Below are positions 1 through 11,919 of a DNA stretch of 64,000 nucleotides, one piece after another; within the stretch, counting starts at the first letter, position 1, and every line of letters starts with the position of its first letter. The notes under the pieces were generated by a model. It was given only the letters and a program-made list of their open reading frames with translations, made no database searches and had not been told where the DNA came from. This DNA is from Microvirga sp. (lineage in GTDB: Bacteria; Pseudomonadota; Alphaproteobacteria; Rhizobiales; Beijerinckiaceae): contig DASZBD010000025.1 of NCBI GenBank assembly GCA_035944475.1, positions 864 through 64,863 of the forward strand. The letters run 5' to 3'. Position numbers and translations under genes: made by a program.

Positions 1-89
1 GGCGCATCGAAGGCCATGAGTTCGCGCGCCTCGGCCGAAGCGACGGCACCGATGCCGACCGCGGCGGCGATGGCGATCCGTTTGAGCAT
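1..89 (-). CDS. N-terminus of a secreted protein that runs off the window start, possibly an L,D-transpeptidase (YkuD/ErfK family)
   Basis: ATG at 89 preceded by GGGAGG RBS; reads MLKRIAIAAAVGIGAVASAEARELMAFDA (signal peptide). The family guess rests on the N-terminus only. Confidence 0.5.
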   Translation of the reverse strand, partial: MLKRIAIAAAVGIGAVASAEARELMAFDA

Positions 90-168
90 GCGCACCTCCC
101 TGCGGGAACATATTCGCAGAGATGACGCATGGGGAACAGCCGAGGTTCCGGCCGTCCGCCGTTCACAT

Positions 169-444
169 TCAGATGACCGGATCCCAGGCCGGCATGCCGT
201 TCGCCGGCGCCGTCTCGGCCCGCCGGATCGGAGCCTTCGGCACCCGGTTGGTCATGCGGGCGTAGAGATCCTTCACGGTGCGGGAAGCCGTCGTGACGAA
301 GAAGAACGGCAGGAAGGCATGGACGAGGGCCGCAAAGGCCCCGTAGGCGAGGGGGCCCGCGAAGGAGAGGGCCACCCGCATGTGCTCGAAATAGGATTCG
401 CCCACCGCTTCCGGGTGGTCCGTGAACAGGCGCTTCAGGGTCAT
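169..444 (-). CDS. DUF6356-like small membrane protein
   Basis: MTLKRLFTDHPEAVGESYFEHM...LVHAFLPFFF..TASR motif; AGGAGG RBS upstream of ATG 444. Confidence 0.75.
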   Translation of the reverse strand: MTLKRLFTDHPEAVGESYFEHMRVALSFAGPLAYGAFAALVHAFLPFFFVTTASRTVKDLYARMTNRVPKAPIRRAETAPANGMPAWDPVI

Positions 445-570
445 GGCGACTCCTCCTGAAAACGCCAGGATACGGGCGAGGCGGCGGAGCGGCAAGAAGC
501 GTTAACGGTGGACCGGTCCTCGCCTTGGGGCGGGAGGCGTCTCTCGCGTGTCCTGGACCCTCCTTCGAGA

Positions 571-628
571 CGCCGCCCGTTTGTCATTCCGGGGCGCCGC
601 AGGCGAGCCCGGAATGACAGGTGGCGGT
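571..628. repeat. Palindromic REP-like element, family A (short, internally deleted copy)
   Basis: TGTCATTCCGGGGCGCCGCAGGCGAGCCCGGAATGACA; left part identical to the copy starting at 42545. Confidence 0.8.
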
Positions 629-652
629 GCCCCTCCACTCACCATTCGCCCT

Positions 653-804
653 CACCCCAGCCCTCATCCTGAGGGCTTCGCGTCAGCGAAGCGTCTCGAA
701 GGACGAGGGCGTCTCAAGGGCACCGCGGGAGGTGCCTCGGGCATCAAGCTGGACCCTCCTTCGCGACGCGCTCTGCCGAGCGCTCCTCAGGATGAGGGTC
801 GAGG
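653..804. repeat. Palindromic REP/RIME-like element, family B
   Basis: CCCTCATCCTGAGG...CGTCTCGAAGG...CCTTCGCGACG...CCTCAGGATGAGGG; second copy at 54965-55111; partial right arm near 555-573. Confidence 0.8.
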
Positions 805-809
805 AGAGT

Positions 810-2759
<1,950 letters not shown>

Positions 2760-2913
2760 GGCGCTTCTCCCCAGGGGCCACCGGGCGGCGCCGGCGGCGT
2801 TTGTTGCTCTAGGTGTAAGCAACCGGGCCGGGGGCGGGCAAGCGTGAGCAGCGTCGGACTTTGGTCGCTGCGGAGCGGCGGGAGCGCTGCCGCATCGGTC
2901 GCAACAAGCTGAG

Positions 2914-2940
2914 CTCCTCCCTCCCTTGAGGGGAGGGAGG
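2914..2940. repeat. Single hairpin remnant of REP-like family C, possibly a terminator
   Basis: CTCCTCCCTCCCTTGAGGGGAGGGAGG resembles the end hairpins of the 31447 and 44147 copies. Confidence 0.5.
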
Positions 2941-2956
2941 CTGCCCAATCAGCCGC

Positions 2957-3370
2957 TCACACGCCGCCCATGCGGCACACGACGCGCCACTCCTCGTCCG
3001 TCACCGGCTGCACGGAGAGGCGCGAATTGTTGACGAGCACCATGGCCTTCAGGGCCGGCTCCTCCTTGATCGCCTCGAGGGTGACGGGCTGCCGGAAGGG
3101 CTTGACGGCTTTGACGTCGACCATGCCGAACTTGCCCGTTTCGTCGGTGTGGTCGGGGTAGTATTCCTTGATCACCTCGACGATGCCCACCACCGCCTTG
3201 CCCTCGTTCGAGTGATAGAAGAAGCCCTGGTCGCCGCGCTTCATGGCCATGAGGTTCTGCTTGGCCTGATGGTTGCGCACGCCGTTCCAGAACGTGCCCT
3301 TCGCGCCCGCCTTCACCTGCTCGTCCCAGGACCAGGTGTCGGGTTCCGATTTGAAGAGCCAATAGGCCAT
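2957..3370 (-). CDS. EVE domain-containing protein
   Basis: MAYWLFKSEP..WNGVRNHQA...FFYHS...SRLSVQPV. Confidence 0.93.
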   Translation of the reverse strand: MAYWLFKSEPDTWSWDEQVKAGAKGTFWNGVRNHQAKQNLMAMKRGDQGFFYHSNEGKAVVGIVEVIKEYYPDHTDETGKFGMVDVKAVKPFRQPVTLEAIKEEPALKAMVLVNNSRLSVQPVTDEEWRVVCRMGGV

Positions 3371-3372
3371 GG

Positions 3373-4368
3373 TCACCCCCGTCTGCCGTGTTCGGATCGG
3401 ATCGGGCGCTGCATGAGCGCCTGGATGGCGTCGTCGAGGGCAAGGCGCCCCGCGATCACCGCATCGACGGCGCCCGCGACCGGCATCTCGACCCCGCGGG
3501 CCTCCGCCAGCGCCACGAGAACCGGCGCCGTCAGGGCCCCCTCGGCGAGCTTGCCCCCGGCGGCCTCCGCGACGGGAATGCCGCGCCCGAGCCGCTCGCC
3601 GAAGGCGAAGTTGCGGGACTGCGCGGAGGACGCCGTGAGGACGAGGTCGCCGAGCCCCGAGAGGCCCATCAGCGTTTCGTGCATCGCGCCGAAGCTCTCG
3701 GCGAAGCGCAGGAGTTCGGCGAAGCCCCGGGCGATGAGAGCCGCCTTCGCGCTCTCGCCGAGGCCGCGCCCGACCACCGCTCCGCAGGCGATCGCCAGCA
3801 CGTTCTTCGCCGCCCCGCCGATCTCGACGCCGCCCACGTCCGTGGTGTGGTAGACCCTCAAAGCAGGGCCCGACAGGCGCTCCGCCAGTTGCGCGCCGAG
3901 GGCCGCATCGGCCGCCGCCAGGGTCACGGCGGTGGGAAGGCCCCGGGCGACGTCGTGGGCGAAGCTCGGCCCGGACAGGACGGCGACCGGCGCGCCAGGC
4001 CGTACGGCCTCCACGACGGCGCTGAGGAGCAGGTTGGTGCCGCGCTCGAAGCCCTTGGCGCACAGGACGAGGGGCGTTCCGGGATCGAGCACCCGCGCGA
4101 GCGCCGCCGCAACCTCGCGCGTCGCCTGGGCGGGGGTGACGAGAAGGACGATCTGCGCCGCCGCGAGGCGCGCGAGATCCGCCGTCGGCTCGATCCCGTC
4201 CTGCAGCGCGACGCCCGGCAGGGCGCGGGCGTTGACCCGCTCCAGCGCCATGGCGTCGGCCTGCGCCCGGTCGCGCCCCCACAGCAGGACCCGGTGGCCG
4301 CGCGAGGCGGCCGCATTGGCGAGCGCCGTGCCCCAGGCGCCCGCGCCGGCGATCCCGATCGTGCTCAC
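3373..4368 (-). CDS. gpsA: NAD(P)H-dependent glycerol-3-phosphate dehydrogenase
   Basis: GAGAWGTALA, GPSFA, GGAAKNVLAIACG, GLGDLVLT..SRN; GTG start overlaps upstream stop. Confidence 0.95.
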   Translation of the reverse strand: MSTIGIAGAGAWGTALANAAASRGHRVLLWGRDRAQADAMALERVNARALPGVALQDGIEPTADLARLAAAQIVLLVTPAQATREVAAALARVLDPGTPLVLCAKGFERGTNLLLSAVVEAVRPGAPVAVLSGPSFAHDVARGLPTAVTLAAADAALGAQLAERLSGPALRVYHTTDVGGVEIGGAAKNVLAIACGAVVGRGLGESAKAALIARGFAELLRFAESFGAMHETLMGLSGLGDLVLTASSAQSRNFAFGERLGRGIPVAEAAGGKLAEGALTAPVLVALAEARGVEMPVAGAVDAVIAGRLALDDAIQALMQRPIRSEHGRRG

Positions 4369-4685
4369 GCGCCCCGTCCTCCCTTGCCGCGCAGCGCCAG
4401 GGAGTGCCGGTTGAGGGCGGCGAGATCCGCGCGGCCGGCGAGCACGTCCTCCCCGAGCGCCACTGCCCGGGCGAGGTCCGGCGCCGGCATGGTGCGCCAG
4501 GCTGGCGGCTTCACCGCCTCCCGCCAGGGCCGCCCGCAGGCGGCGTCGAGGAGGATGCGCGCGAAGCAGTGGTCGAGGCGCACAGGCCAGTCGCCCCGCG
4601 CCCGCGCCGCCTCCGGCAGCCGCCGCTCCACGAGATCGCGCCAGCGGGCGCGCAGGTCGGGGTGGTCGAGCGCGGGCGTCGTCAT
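4365..4685 (-). CDS. Conserved-looking hypothetical protein (WPVRLDHCFARILLD motif)
   Basis: 106 aa ORF overlapping both neighbours by 4 nt. Confidence 0.7.
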   Translation of the reverse strand: MTTPALDHPDLRARWRDLVERRLPEAARARGDWPVRLDHCFARILLDAACGRPWREAVKPPAWRTMPAPDLARAVALGEDVLAGRADLAALNRHSLALRGKGGRGA

Positions 4686-5257
4686 ACTGTGCCGGCCAGG
4701 AAGGCGTCGCGGCGCAGGCGATAGAGGGCACTCATCTGAAGCGAGTGACCTTCAGGGGCGGCAGGATGGGCGAAATCCTCGGCCGGATCGTGGGTCATGC
4801 CGAGCCGCTGCATTACCCGCTGCGACGCCAGGTTCGGGCGGGCGGTATAGGCCACGATCTCGGGCAGCCCCACACGCGTGAACACGTCACGCAGCGCCGC
4901 CCGAGCCGCTTCGGTCGCGTAGCCTTGGCCCCAATGGGCCGGTAGAAAATGCCATCCGACATCGATTAGAGGCTCGAACGGCATCTCGCGATCGATCCGC
5001 CTGACGCCTGCGATCCCGATGAAGGATTCTGCGCCCGGAAGTTCGACCACCCATTGCCCGAAGCCGTCCCGTTCGAAGCTCTCGGCATGCCGCCGGGCAT
5101 CCGCTTCGCCCTCCTCCAAGGTCATCGTCCGCAGGAAGAAGCGTCTCACGACCGGCTTGGCCTGAAGCGCCGCGTGACGGGCAACGTCCTCCTCGCGCCA
5201 GCGGCGCAGGATGAGGCGCTCGGTCCTGATCGTCTCGGGGCAGGAGGCCAGAGTCAC
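4682..5257 (-). CDS. GNAT N-acetyltransferase, RimJ/RimL family
   Basis: [35 protein letters not shown]; GTG start overlaps tsaD stop. Confidence 0.9.
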   Translation of the reverse strand: MTLASCPETIRTERLILRRWREEDVARHAALQAKPVVRRFFLRTMTLEEGEADARRHAESFERDGFGQWVVELPGAESFIGIAGVRRIDREMPFEPLIDVGWHFLPAHWGQGYATEAARAALRDVFTRVGLPEIVAYTARPNLASQRVMQRLGMTHDPAEDFAHPAAPEGHSLQMSALYRLRRDAFLAGTV

Positions 5258-6309
5258 GCCTTCGCCCCCGCCTCGTCGCGGCTCGTGTCGAGGGGCCAGC
5301 GGGCGCGGGCGGGGGCCAGCATGTCGTCCGTGAGGCCGAGCCTCAGGCGCTCCAGGCCCGCCCAGGCGATCATGGCACCGTTGTCGCCGCACAGGTTCAG
5401 CGGCGGCGCCACGAGCTTCAGGCCCGCCTCCATGGCGAGGCGCTGGAGGGCCGCCCGCATGGCGCCGTTGGCGGCGACGCCCCCCGCGACGACGAGGGCC
5501 GTCGGGTGCCCCGCCGCGGCCCTAAAGGCGCGCAGCCCCACGCGGGTGCGGTCCACCACCGCGTCGACCACCGCGGCCTGAAAGCTCGCGCAGAGATCCG
5601 CCACGTCCGACGCCGTGAGGGGGGCGATGCGCTCGGCCTCGATGCGCACGGCGGTCTTGAGGCCCGAGAGGGAGAAGTTGGGCTCGGGCCGGCCGAGCAG
5701 GGGCCGGGGCAGGGCGAAGCGCTCCGGGTTTCCCCGCGCCGCCTCCCGCTCCACTTGCGGGCCGCCCGGATAGCCGAGGCCCAGGAGCTTCGCCACCTTG
5801 TCGAAGGCCTCGCCGATGGCGTCGTCGATGGTGGTGCCGAGCCGTACATAGTCGCCGACGCCCTTGACGGCGACGAGCTGGGTATGGCCGCCGGACGCCA
5901 GCAGCAGCAAGTAGGGAAAGCCGATCCCGTCCGTCAGCCGCGCGGTGAGCGCATGGCCCTCGAGATGGTTCACGGCCAGAAGCGGCTTGCGGGCGACGAG
6001 CGCGAGGGCCTTGGCGGTGGTGAGCCCGATGAGCACGCCGCCGATGAGGCCCGGGCCCGCCGCCGCCGCGATGCCGTCGAGCTCCCCAATCGTGGTGCCG
6101 GCGTTCTTGAGGGCGCGGGCCACGAGCCGGTCGATCACCTCCACATGGGCGCGCGCGGCGATCTCGGGCACCACGCCGCCATAGGCCGCATGCTCGGCGA
6201 TCTGGCTCAGCACCTCGTTCGACCGGATCTCGCCGCGCCCGTCGAAACCCGTCTCGACGACGGCGGCGGCGGTCTCGTCGCAGGTGGTCTCGATGCCGAG
6301 AATGCGCAT
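5254..6309 (-). CDS. tsaD: tRNA N6-threonylcarbamoyltransferase TsaD
   Basis: [43 protein letters not shown]. Confidence 0.97.
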   Translation of the reverse strand: MRILGIETTCDETAAAVVETGFDGRGEIRSNEVLSQIAEHAAYGGVVPEIAARAHVEVIDRLVARALKNAGTTIGELDGIAAAAGPGLIGGVLIGLTTAKALALVARKPLLAVNHLEGHALTARLTDGIGFPYLLLLASGGHTQLVAVKGVGDYVRLGTTIDDAIGEAFDKVAKLLGLGYPGGPQVEREAARGNPERFALPRPLLGRPEPNFSLSGLKTAVRIEAERIAPLTASDVADLCASFQAAVVDAVVDRTRVGLRAFRAAAGHPTALVVAGGVAANGAMRAALQRLAMEAGLKLVAPPLNLCGDNGAMIAWAGLERLRLGLTDDMLAPARARWPLDTSRDEAGAKA

Positions 6310-6432
6310 TGCGGGGGCGTCACCATGGTGGAGGGGGCCGGGCTTCACGGGCCGGGCGCTCTCCCCCTATAGTCCGCGCCGCCGGGCCGGGGCAAACCCC
6401 CCGCAGCACGAGCCCCAAGGAGAATAAGAACG

Positions 6433-7359
6433 ATGGCGGATTCCTCGATCCTCGTGATCGGCACCCGGGGCTCCCCGCTCGCTCTCGCGCAGGCGCACGA
6501 GACGCAGGACCGGCTGGCGGGGGCCCTCGGCTGGTCCTCGGAGCAGCTGCCCCTCAGCATCATCAAGACCACGGGCGACGCCATCCAGGACCGGCCGCTC
6601 TCGGAGGCGGGCGGCAAGGGGCTGTTCACGAAGGAGCTCGACATCGCCCTCCTGGAGGGGGCCATCGACCTTGCGGTCCACTCCGCGAAGGACCTGCCCA
6701 CCGCCCTCCCGGAGGGCATCGTCATCGCCGGCTACCTGCCCCGGGAGGACGTGCGCGACGCGCTCATCAGCCCCCGCGCGCCGGCCCTGGCGGATCTGTC
6801 GCGGGGCGCCCATGTGGGCTCGGCCTCGCTCCGCCGGCAGGCGCAGCTGCGGCGCCTGCGCCCCGACCTCAAGGTGTCGCTCCTGCGCGGCAACGTGGGC
6901 ACGCGTCTGAGCAAGGTCGAAAGCGGCGAGTTCGACGCGACGCTCCTTGCTCTTGCGGGGCTGAAGCGGCTCGGGCTCGAGGGCCATGTGACCGCGGTGC
7001 TCGACACGGCCGATTTCCTGCCCGCCGTGGGGCAGGGCGCCATCGCGATCGCCGTGCGGGCGGGGGACGGGCGGGTGGGCGCCGCCGTTCGGGCCATCCT
7101 GCACCCCGAAACCGGCCAGGCCCTCGCCGCCGAGCGCGCCTTTCTCACGGTGCTCGACGGCTCGTGCCGCACGCCCATCGCCGGGCATGCCCGGCTCGAA
7201 GGCGGCCGGATCGCCTTTCGCGGCCTCGTCCTGCGGCCGGACGGGTCGGACGCCCTCGACGTGGCGGAGGCCGGCGATCCGGCCGAGGCGGCGGCGCTCG
7301 GCCGGGCCGCGGGGCTCGACCTCAAGGGCCGCATGCCGGCAGGATTCCTGAAAGTCTGA
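6433..7359 (+). CDS. hemC: Hydroxymethylbilane synthase
   Basis: IGTRGSPLALAQ, GGKGLFTKE, AVHSAKD, LRGNVGTRL, GSCRTPI. Confidence 0.97.
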   Translation: MADSSILVIGTRGSPLALAQAHETQDRLAGALGWSSEQLPLSIIKTTGDAIQDRPLSEAGGKGLFTKELDIALLEGAIDLAVHSAKDLPTALPEGIVIAGYLPREDVRDALISPRAPALADLSRGAHVGSASLRRQAQLRRLRPDLKVSLLRGNVGTRLSKVESGEFDATLLALAGLKRLGLEGHVTAVLDTADFLPAVGQGAIAIAVRAGDGRVGAAVRAILHPETGQALAAERAFLTVLDGSCRTPIAGHARLEGGRIAFRGLVLRPDGSDALDVAEAGDPAEAAALGRAAGLDLKGRMPAGFLKV

Positions 7360-8075
7360 TGCGGGTTCTCGTCACCCGGCCGGAGGCGGATGGGCGGCGC
7401 ACCGCCGCCCGGCTCGCCGCGCGCGGGCACGAGGCCGTCCTCGCTCCCGTGACGCGGATCGTCGCCACCGGCAACCCGCCGCCCGCAGGGCCCTGGGACG
7501 CGCTCCTCCTCACGAGCGCCAATGCGGCGCCGGCTCTCGCCGCCCTGTCGCCCCTCCGGCAGCCCGTCTTCGCGGTCGGCGCCCGCACCGCCGCCGCGGC
7601 CCGGGAGGCGGGAGCGCCCTTCGTCCAGGCGGCGGAGGGCGATGCGCTCGCCCTCGCGGCCCTCGTCAAGGCGACGCTGCCGCCCGGCGCCCGGCTCCTT
7701 CATGCGGCGGCCGAGGACCGGAAGGACGAGCCCGAGCGCTCCCTCAAGGCCGCGGGCTTTCACGTGATCGTGTGGGAGGCCTACCGGGCGGAGGCGGTGG
7801 AGGAGGTGCCGGCCGCGCTCCTTGCGGCGCTCGGGGCTCGCCGGATCGACGCCGCGCTCCATTTCTCCCGGCGAAGCGCGGGCCTGCTCGTCGCGTTCGT
7901 GAAGGGTGCGGGTCTCCTGGAGCCGTTCCGGCGCGTGCCGCATCTGTGCCTGTCGGCGGATGTGGCCGCCGCCCTCGCTGATCTCGGCGCCGCCGTCGTG
8001 GCGCCGGCTCCGCGGGAGGACGCCCTCCTCGACACGCTCGAGCGGCTTGCCGGGTCGCCACCGCCATCCGCTTGA
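7359..8075 (+). CDS. hemD: Uroporphyrinogen-III synthase
   Basis: MRVLVTRPE, LTSANA, FAVGARTA, HFSRRSA; TGATG coupling to hemC. Confidence 0.92.
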   Translation: MRVLVTRPEADGRRTAARLAARGHEAVLAPVTRIVATGNPPPAGPWDALLLTSANAAPALAALSPLRQPVFAVGARTAAAAREAGAPFVQAAEGDALALAALVKATLPPGARLLHAAAEDRKDEPERSLKAAGFHVIVWEAYRAEAVEEVPAALLAALGARRIDAALHFSRRSAGLLVAFVKGAGLLEPFRRVPHLCLSADVAAALADLGAAVVAPAPREDALLDTLERLAGSPPPSA

Positions 8076-8138
8076 GCTAAGCACGGAACGAAACGCCGCG
8101 CCCAAGCTTGCCATATTCGTCATCCATCAGGTTTCGTC

Positions 8139-9758
8139 GTGACCTCTCCTTCCGATCCCAAGCGCCCCTCCAAACGCCCCTCCCGCGAGCCGCCGACCAT
8201 CGACCTCAAGGCGACGGAGGTGAAGACGAGCCCGCCCGAGGCCGCGCCTGAGGAGCCGCCGCGCGACGAGGGTAAGGCTTCCGCCAAAGCCGACGATTCG
8301 GCTCCCGCTTCCGCCCAGACGAGTGTTTACGACGCCCCGCCGACGGGTGCTTCGCCCACTGAAGCCGAGCGGTCCGACGCCGTGACCGAAGGCATGCTCG
8401 AGGGCGCTCCCGCCCAAGACCCGGCTTCCCCGGTTCCCGCGGCCTCCGCCTCGGCAGGCGAGGGCTCCGCCTCGGATGCTGAGAGCGCAGCCACAGCCTC
8501 AGCCGATGCAGCCCCAGCCGCAGCCGGCTCCGATCCCAGTCCTGCCCGCTCGGCCCTCGGGTCCCGCCCGGCCGAACCCGCCCGCAGGAGCGGTCCGGGC
8601 TTTGGGTCTCTCGCCGCCGCGAGCCTCCTTGGCGGCCTTGTTGGCGCCGGTGCCATGCTGGCCTTCCAGTCCGCTCAACCGACCGGGCCCGTCAGCGACC
8701 CTCGCGTGGCTGAAATCGAACGCCGGATCGGAGCCCTGCCGAGCGCCGATACGGGCGCGCTCGATCGCCGTCTCACCGCGATCGAGGGAGCGCAGAACGG
8801 TCTCAACCAGCGGATCCAGGCTGCCCAGACCCTCGCCGAGCGCGGCGCCGCCCGCGCCGAGGAAGCGTTCAACCGTCAACCCTCCCAAGCACAGGCGCCC
8901 CAACCTCCCCAGAACAACCCCGCCGTCGCCGAACTCGGCAACCGCCTCGGCGCCCTTGAAGGGCAGCTGCGCCAGCAGGGCGAGCAAGCCCGCCAGCAGG
9001 GTGAGACGGCCACCCGCGAACGCCAAGCCCTGACCCAAGGGGTCGAAGCGGCCGCGACGGCCATCGCGGGCGTCGAGCGCCGGGTGGGCGAGATCGACCG
9101 GCGCCTCGCCGATCAGGAGCGCCGCGCGGCCGATCAGGATCGCCGCACGGGCGATCAGGAGGGCCGCGTCGCCGCGCTCGCCCGCGATGCGCAGGGGGCC
9201 ACGGCGGCCCAGCAGGCCGGAACACGCCTCGTCCTGGCGAACCGCCTCGATGCGGCGCTCCGCGACGGGGCGCCCTATGCGGATGTGCTCGACGGCCTTC
9301 GCCGCCTCGGCACCGACCCGGCCCGCCTGCAGGCGCTCGAGCTCTTCGCGGGGGGCGGCGCGCCGAGCGCCGCGGCCCTCGCGCAGAGCTTCAAGCCTCT
9401 CAACGAGCGGGTCGCCGAAGAGGCGAAGCCCGCACCCGCTGCCGCCCCCGGCACCTGGACCGACCGGCTCGTCGGCCTCGTCGGCCAGGTGGTCTCGATC
9501 CGGCCCGTGGCGGGGGAGGGGGCGCCCGAGGCCGCCCCGCCCGGCTCGCCCGCAGGCGGCTCGCCGTCCGCCGTCGAGCAGGCCCTCGCCCGCGGCGACC
9601 TTGCGGCCGCGGCTTCCGCCTGGGACGCGCTTCCGGAGCCCGCCCGTCAGGCCTCGGCGGATTGGGGCCGGCAGCTGAAACAACGGGCGGCCGCGGAAGC
9701 CGCCTCCCGCGCTCTTGCGGCGGATGCCGTTGCGGCGCTCAATACACCGACGCGGTAA
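8139..9758 (+). CDS. COG4223/mitofilin-domain protein (alphaproteobacterial Mic60 homologue)
   Basis: PPTIDLKATEV N-terminal motif, one TM helix, coiled coil, C-terminal W.DRL...VVSIRP...LARGDLAAA..W..LPE; located between hemD and hemY. Confidence 0.85.
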   Translation: MTSPSDPKRPSKRPSREPPTIDLKATEVKTSPPEAAPEEPPRDEGKASAKADDSAPASAQTSVYDAPPTGASPTEAERSDAVTEGMLEGAPAQDPASPVPAASASAGEGSASDAESAATASADAAPAAAGSDPSPARSALGSRPAEPARRSGPGFGSLAAASLLGGLVGAGAMLAFQSAQPTGPVSDPRVAEIERRIGALPSADTGALDRRLTAIEGAQNGLNQRIQAAQTLAERGAARAEEAFNRQPSQAQAPQPPQNNPAVAELGNRLGALEGQLRQQGEQARQQGETATRERQALTQGVEAAATAIAGVERRVGEIDRRLADQERRAADQDRRTGDQEGRVAALARDAQGATAAQQAGTRLVLANRLDAALRDGAPYADVLDGLRRLGTDPARLQALELFAGGGAPSAAALAQSFKPLNERVAEEAKPAPAAAPGTWTDRLVGLVGQVVSIRPVAGEGAPEAAPPGSPAGGSPSAVEQALARGDLAAAASAWDALPEPARQASADWGRQLKQRAAAEAASRALAADAVAALNTPTR

Positions 9759-9773
9759 GGAGTTCTCAACCCG

Positions 9774-11396
9774 ATGTGGCGCGCGCTTTTCTTCATCGTT
9801 CTGCTCGCCGTCGCGGCCTACGGGGCCGTGTGGCTGGCCGACCGGCCCGGCACGGTTCTCGTCACCTTCGGCGGTTACGAGGTGCAGACGACGGTCGCGG
9901 TGGCGGCGGTCGCGCTCGCCGGCCTCGCCTTCGCGCTCGCCCTCTTGTGGGCCGGGGTGTCGACCCTGGTGCGTCTGCCCTCGCGGCTCACCTTCGCGTC
10001 CCGCGCCCGCAAGCGGGCCAAGGGCTATCAGGCCGTGTCCCGCGGCATGGTGGCGGTGGGGGCCGGGGATGCCATCGCGGCGCGGCGCCACGCCAACGAG
10101 GCCGAGCGGCTGCTCGGCCAGGAGCCGCTGACGCTTCTCCTGAAGGCGCAGGCCGCCCAGGTCTCCGGCAACCGGGCCGCCGCGGAGGCCGCCTTCTCGC
10201 GCATGATGGACAACGACGAGACCCGGGTGCTCGGCCTGCGGGGCCTGTTCGTCGAAGCCCGCCGCCGGGGCGATGCCCAGCACGCGACGCAATATGCGAG
10301 CGAGGCCGCGCGGCTTGCGCCCGCCGCCACCTGGGCGAGCGATGCGGTGCTCGAGGCGCGCAGCGCGGCCCGGGACTGGCAGGGCGCGCTCGCGGCCCTC
10401 GACCGCCGCGCCGCCTCCGGCCTCATCGACAAGGCCACCGCCCGGCGCCACCGGGCCGTGCTGCTCACGGCGGACGCCCTCGACCGGCAGGAGCGCGATC
10501 CCGAAGGCGCCCTGGCGAACGCTCAGGAGGCCCTCAAGCTCGCGCCGGACCTCGTGCCCGCGGCCGCGATCGCCGGCCGCGCGCTGTCCCATCGCGGCGA
10601 CCTGCGCCGGGCCGCCAAAGCCGTCGAGACCGCGTGGCGCCAGCAGCCCCACCCGGACCTCGCGGAGGTCTACCTCAACCTGCGCCCGGGCGACTCCGCC
10701 CTCGACCGCCTCGCCCGCGCCGAGACGCTCCTTAAGCTGTCCACCCATGCGCCGGAGGGCCGGCTCGCCGTGGCGCGGGCCGCCATGGAGGCGCGGGAAT
10801 TCGCCAAGGCGCGCTCCGTGCTGGAGCCCCTCGCGAACGAGCGCCCGACCATGCGGGTCTGCCTCCTGATGTCCGACCTCGAACAGGCGGAGCACGGGGC
10901 CACCGGCCGGGGCCGCGAATGGATCGCCCGCGCGGCCCGCGCGCCCCGCGACCCGGCCTGGATGGCGGACGGCGTGGTCTGCGACCGGTGGGCGCCGGTC
11001 TCCCCCGTGACGGGCCGCCTCGACGCCTTCGTCTGGCAGGCCCCGCCCGACGTGCTCGTCGCCCCCGAGCTCGCCCTCCACGACGAGGTCACGGCCGACC
11101 TCGACGAGGAGCCGAAGGTCATCCCCTTCGCGCCGCCCCCGCCTGCATCCGCGGCCCCCGTGGCGCCGGCCCCCGAGCCCGTCCGGGAGGAGCCCCGGGA
11201 TCCCGAGATCGCCGTCTACGAGGCGCCTCCCGGGCCCGCGCCGGCCGCCGCGGCCGCGGACGAGAAGGCCCCGCCGAAGCCCAACGGCGCCCATGGCTAC
11301 GCGCCCTCCGCCGTCGTGTTTCCGGTCGATCATCCGCCGGACGATCCGGGCGCCGAAACGCCGGAGAAACCCGCCCGCCGCGGCCTCTTCGGCTAG
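9774..11396 (+). CDS. hemY: HemY_N/TPR membrane protein (heme biosynthesis HemY-like)
   Basis: WLADRPG, two N-terminal TMs, TPR-like repeats, C-terminal WAPVSPVTGRLDAFVW; synteny. Confidence 0.88.
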   Translation: MWRALFFIVLLAVAAYGAVWLADRPGTVLVTFGGYEVQTTVAVAAVALAGLAFALALLWAGVSTLVRLPSRLTFASRARKRAKGYQAVSRGMVAVGAGDAIAARRHANEAERLLGQEPLTLLLKAQAAQVSGNRAAAEAAFSRMMDNDETRVLGLRGLFVEARRRGDAQHATQYASEAARLAPAATWASDAVLEARSAARDWQGALAALDRRAASGLIDKATARRHRAVLLTADALDRQERDPEGALANAQEALKLAPDLVPAAAIAGRALSHRGDLRRAAKAVETAWRQQPHPDLAEVYLNLRPGDSALDRLARAETLLKLSTHAPEGRLAVARAAMEAREFAKARSVLEPLANERPTMRVCLLMSDLEQAEHGATGRGREWIARAARAPRDPAWMADGVVCDRWAPVSPVTGRLDAFVWQAPPDVLVAPELALHDEVTADLDEEPKVIPFAPPPPASAAPVAPAPEPVREEPRDPEIAVYEAPPGPAPAAAAADEKAPPKPNGAHGYAPSAVVFPVDHPPDDPGAETPEKPARRGLFG

Positions 11397-11463
11397 CCGC
11401 TCGCCTTGCCAAGCGCCGGGGATGGGGCTATGAGGACGCCCTCTCCGGTCGCCACGACCGCGC

Positions 11464-11539
11464 GCCGCAATAGCTCAGCTGGTAGAGCACCTCATTCGTA
11501 ATGAGGGGGTCGGGGGTTCGAATCCCTCTTGCGGCACCA
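11464..11539 (+). tRNA. tRNA-Thr(CGT)
   Basis: GCCGCAA acceptor stem, D-arm TAGCTCAGCTGGTAGAGC, anticodon loop TTCGTAA, GGTTCGAATCC, encoded CCA. Confidence 0.97.
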
Positions 11540-11919
11540 CTTCCTTCCAACGTTTGCCCGTCCGCCCGCGGGTTGCTCGCCCGTCGAGAGCGTCCGCGTC
11601 CTCGCCCATGCAGGGCAGGGCGCCTCGGCTCTGACTTTTCCTCCGGCCCGCCCTGCGCCCGGCCGGCCTTAACGTTCCGCCTCGACCACATCCCTGCCAC
11701 CGGTCCGGTCGCCTGCCGTCGCGGGCACGCCTGGCCCGTTCGCGGCGACGGCCCGTGCGACGGCGGCGGGCCGCTCACCCGTTCGTGCGCATTCGAGCGA
11801 TTCGCGTCCGAGATCGTTTACGTAAACAAACGTGTTGTGTTAACCACGAATAGAAACGTCAAATTAGGCGTTCTTCCAGCATCCTGAGGATGTTCACTCG
11901 GTCCTTTGGGGGAAGTCCG

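Noticed and set aside
124-149. ECF-like motif GGAAC-N17-CGTC on the minus strand before the first partial gene
   Set aside because: Plausible, but it is a single short match and the downstream gene is truncated by the window, so it was not promoted to a feature
6433-11396. hemC-hemD-mitofilin-hemY cluster as a novelty
   Set aside because: Already described as conserved alphaproteobacterial synteny
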